DNA from: Octopus vulgaris
Taxonomy: Eukaryota
NCBI GenBank assembly: GCA_951406725.2
Contig: OX597817.1
Coordinates: forward strand, 38,006,001-38,070,000
Direction: 5' to 3'
Length of the DNA: 64,000 nucleotides
The notes under the pieces: model-generated
Database searches by the model: none
Told to the model about the DNA's origin: nothing
What the model saw: the letters and a program-made list of their open reading frames with translations, nothing else
Made by a program: the position numbers and the translations under genes
In this document: positions 63,926 to 64,000 of the stretch, one piece after another
Position numbering within the stretch: the first letter of the stretch is position 1
Layout: each line of letters opens with the position of its first letter

Positions 63926-64000
63926 ACGAATCGAATATACAGCATTCTATTTTAAAGAACTTTCTAACTTTACTCACAGTTAAACATTCGTGTCCACATA

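Overview
AT-rich, repeat-saturated eukaryotic DNA. The tRNA-derived SINE families and dense (TA)n/(TG)n microsatellites resemble Octopus/coleoid cephalopod genomes (inference from recall, not a database match). The only supported host gene content is three + strand coding exons (1096-1213, 2036-2098, 9279-9295) encoding the C-terminus of an unidentified protein, followed by a 3'UTR with clustered AATAAA signals. The rest is mostly transposon-derived: at least four SINE families with shuffled heads and tails, CR1/L2-group LINE fragments, an R4/Dong-type endonuclease relic, Tc1/mariner and Chapaev3-like transposase relics, four hAT (Charlie/Buster-type) MITEs, a Merlin-like MITE and a Penelope-like relic. 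Nearly all ORF-track entries are spurious. The most notable observations are: (i) Penelope-type inverted repeats inside (TA)n with decayed minimal hammerhead ribozyme cores (56121-56665, related remnants at 32774 and 59558); (ii) two inverted copies of a non-coding element ending in a 13+6+13 bp palindrome shaped like a tyrosine-recombinase site (30893, 50839); (iii) a ~200-bp hairpin insertion with a 14-bp TSD in an intron; (iv) a SINE/LINE shared 3' tail with a covarying stem-loop. Boundaries of degenerate repeats are approximate.
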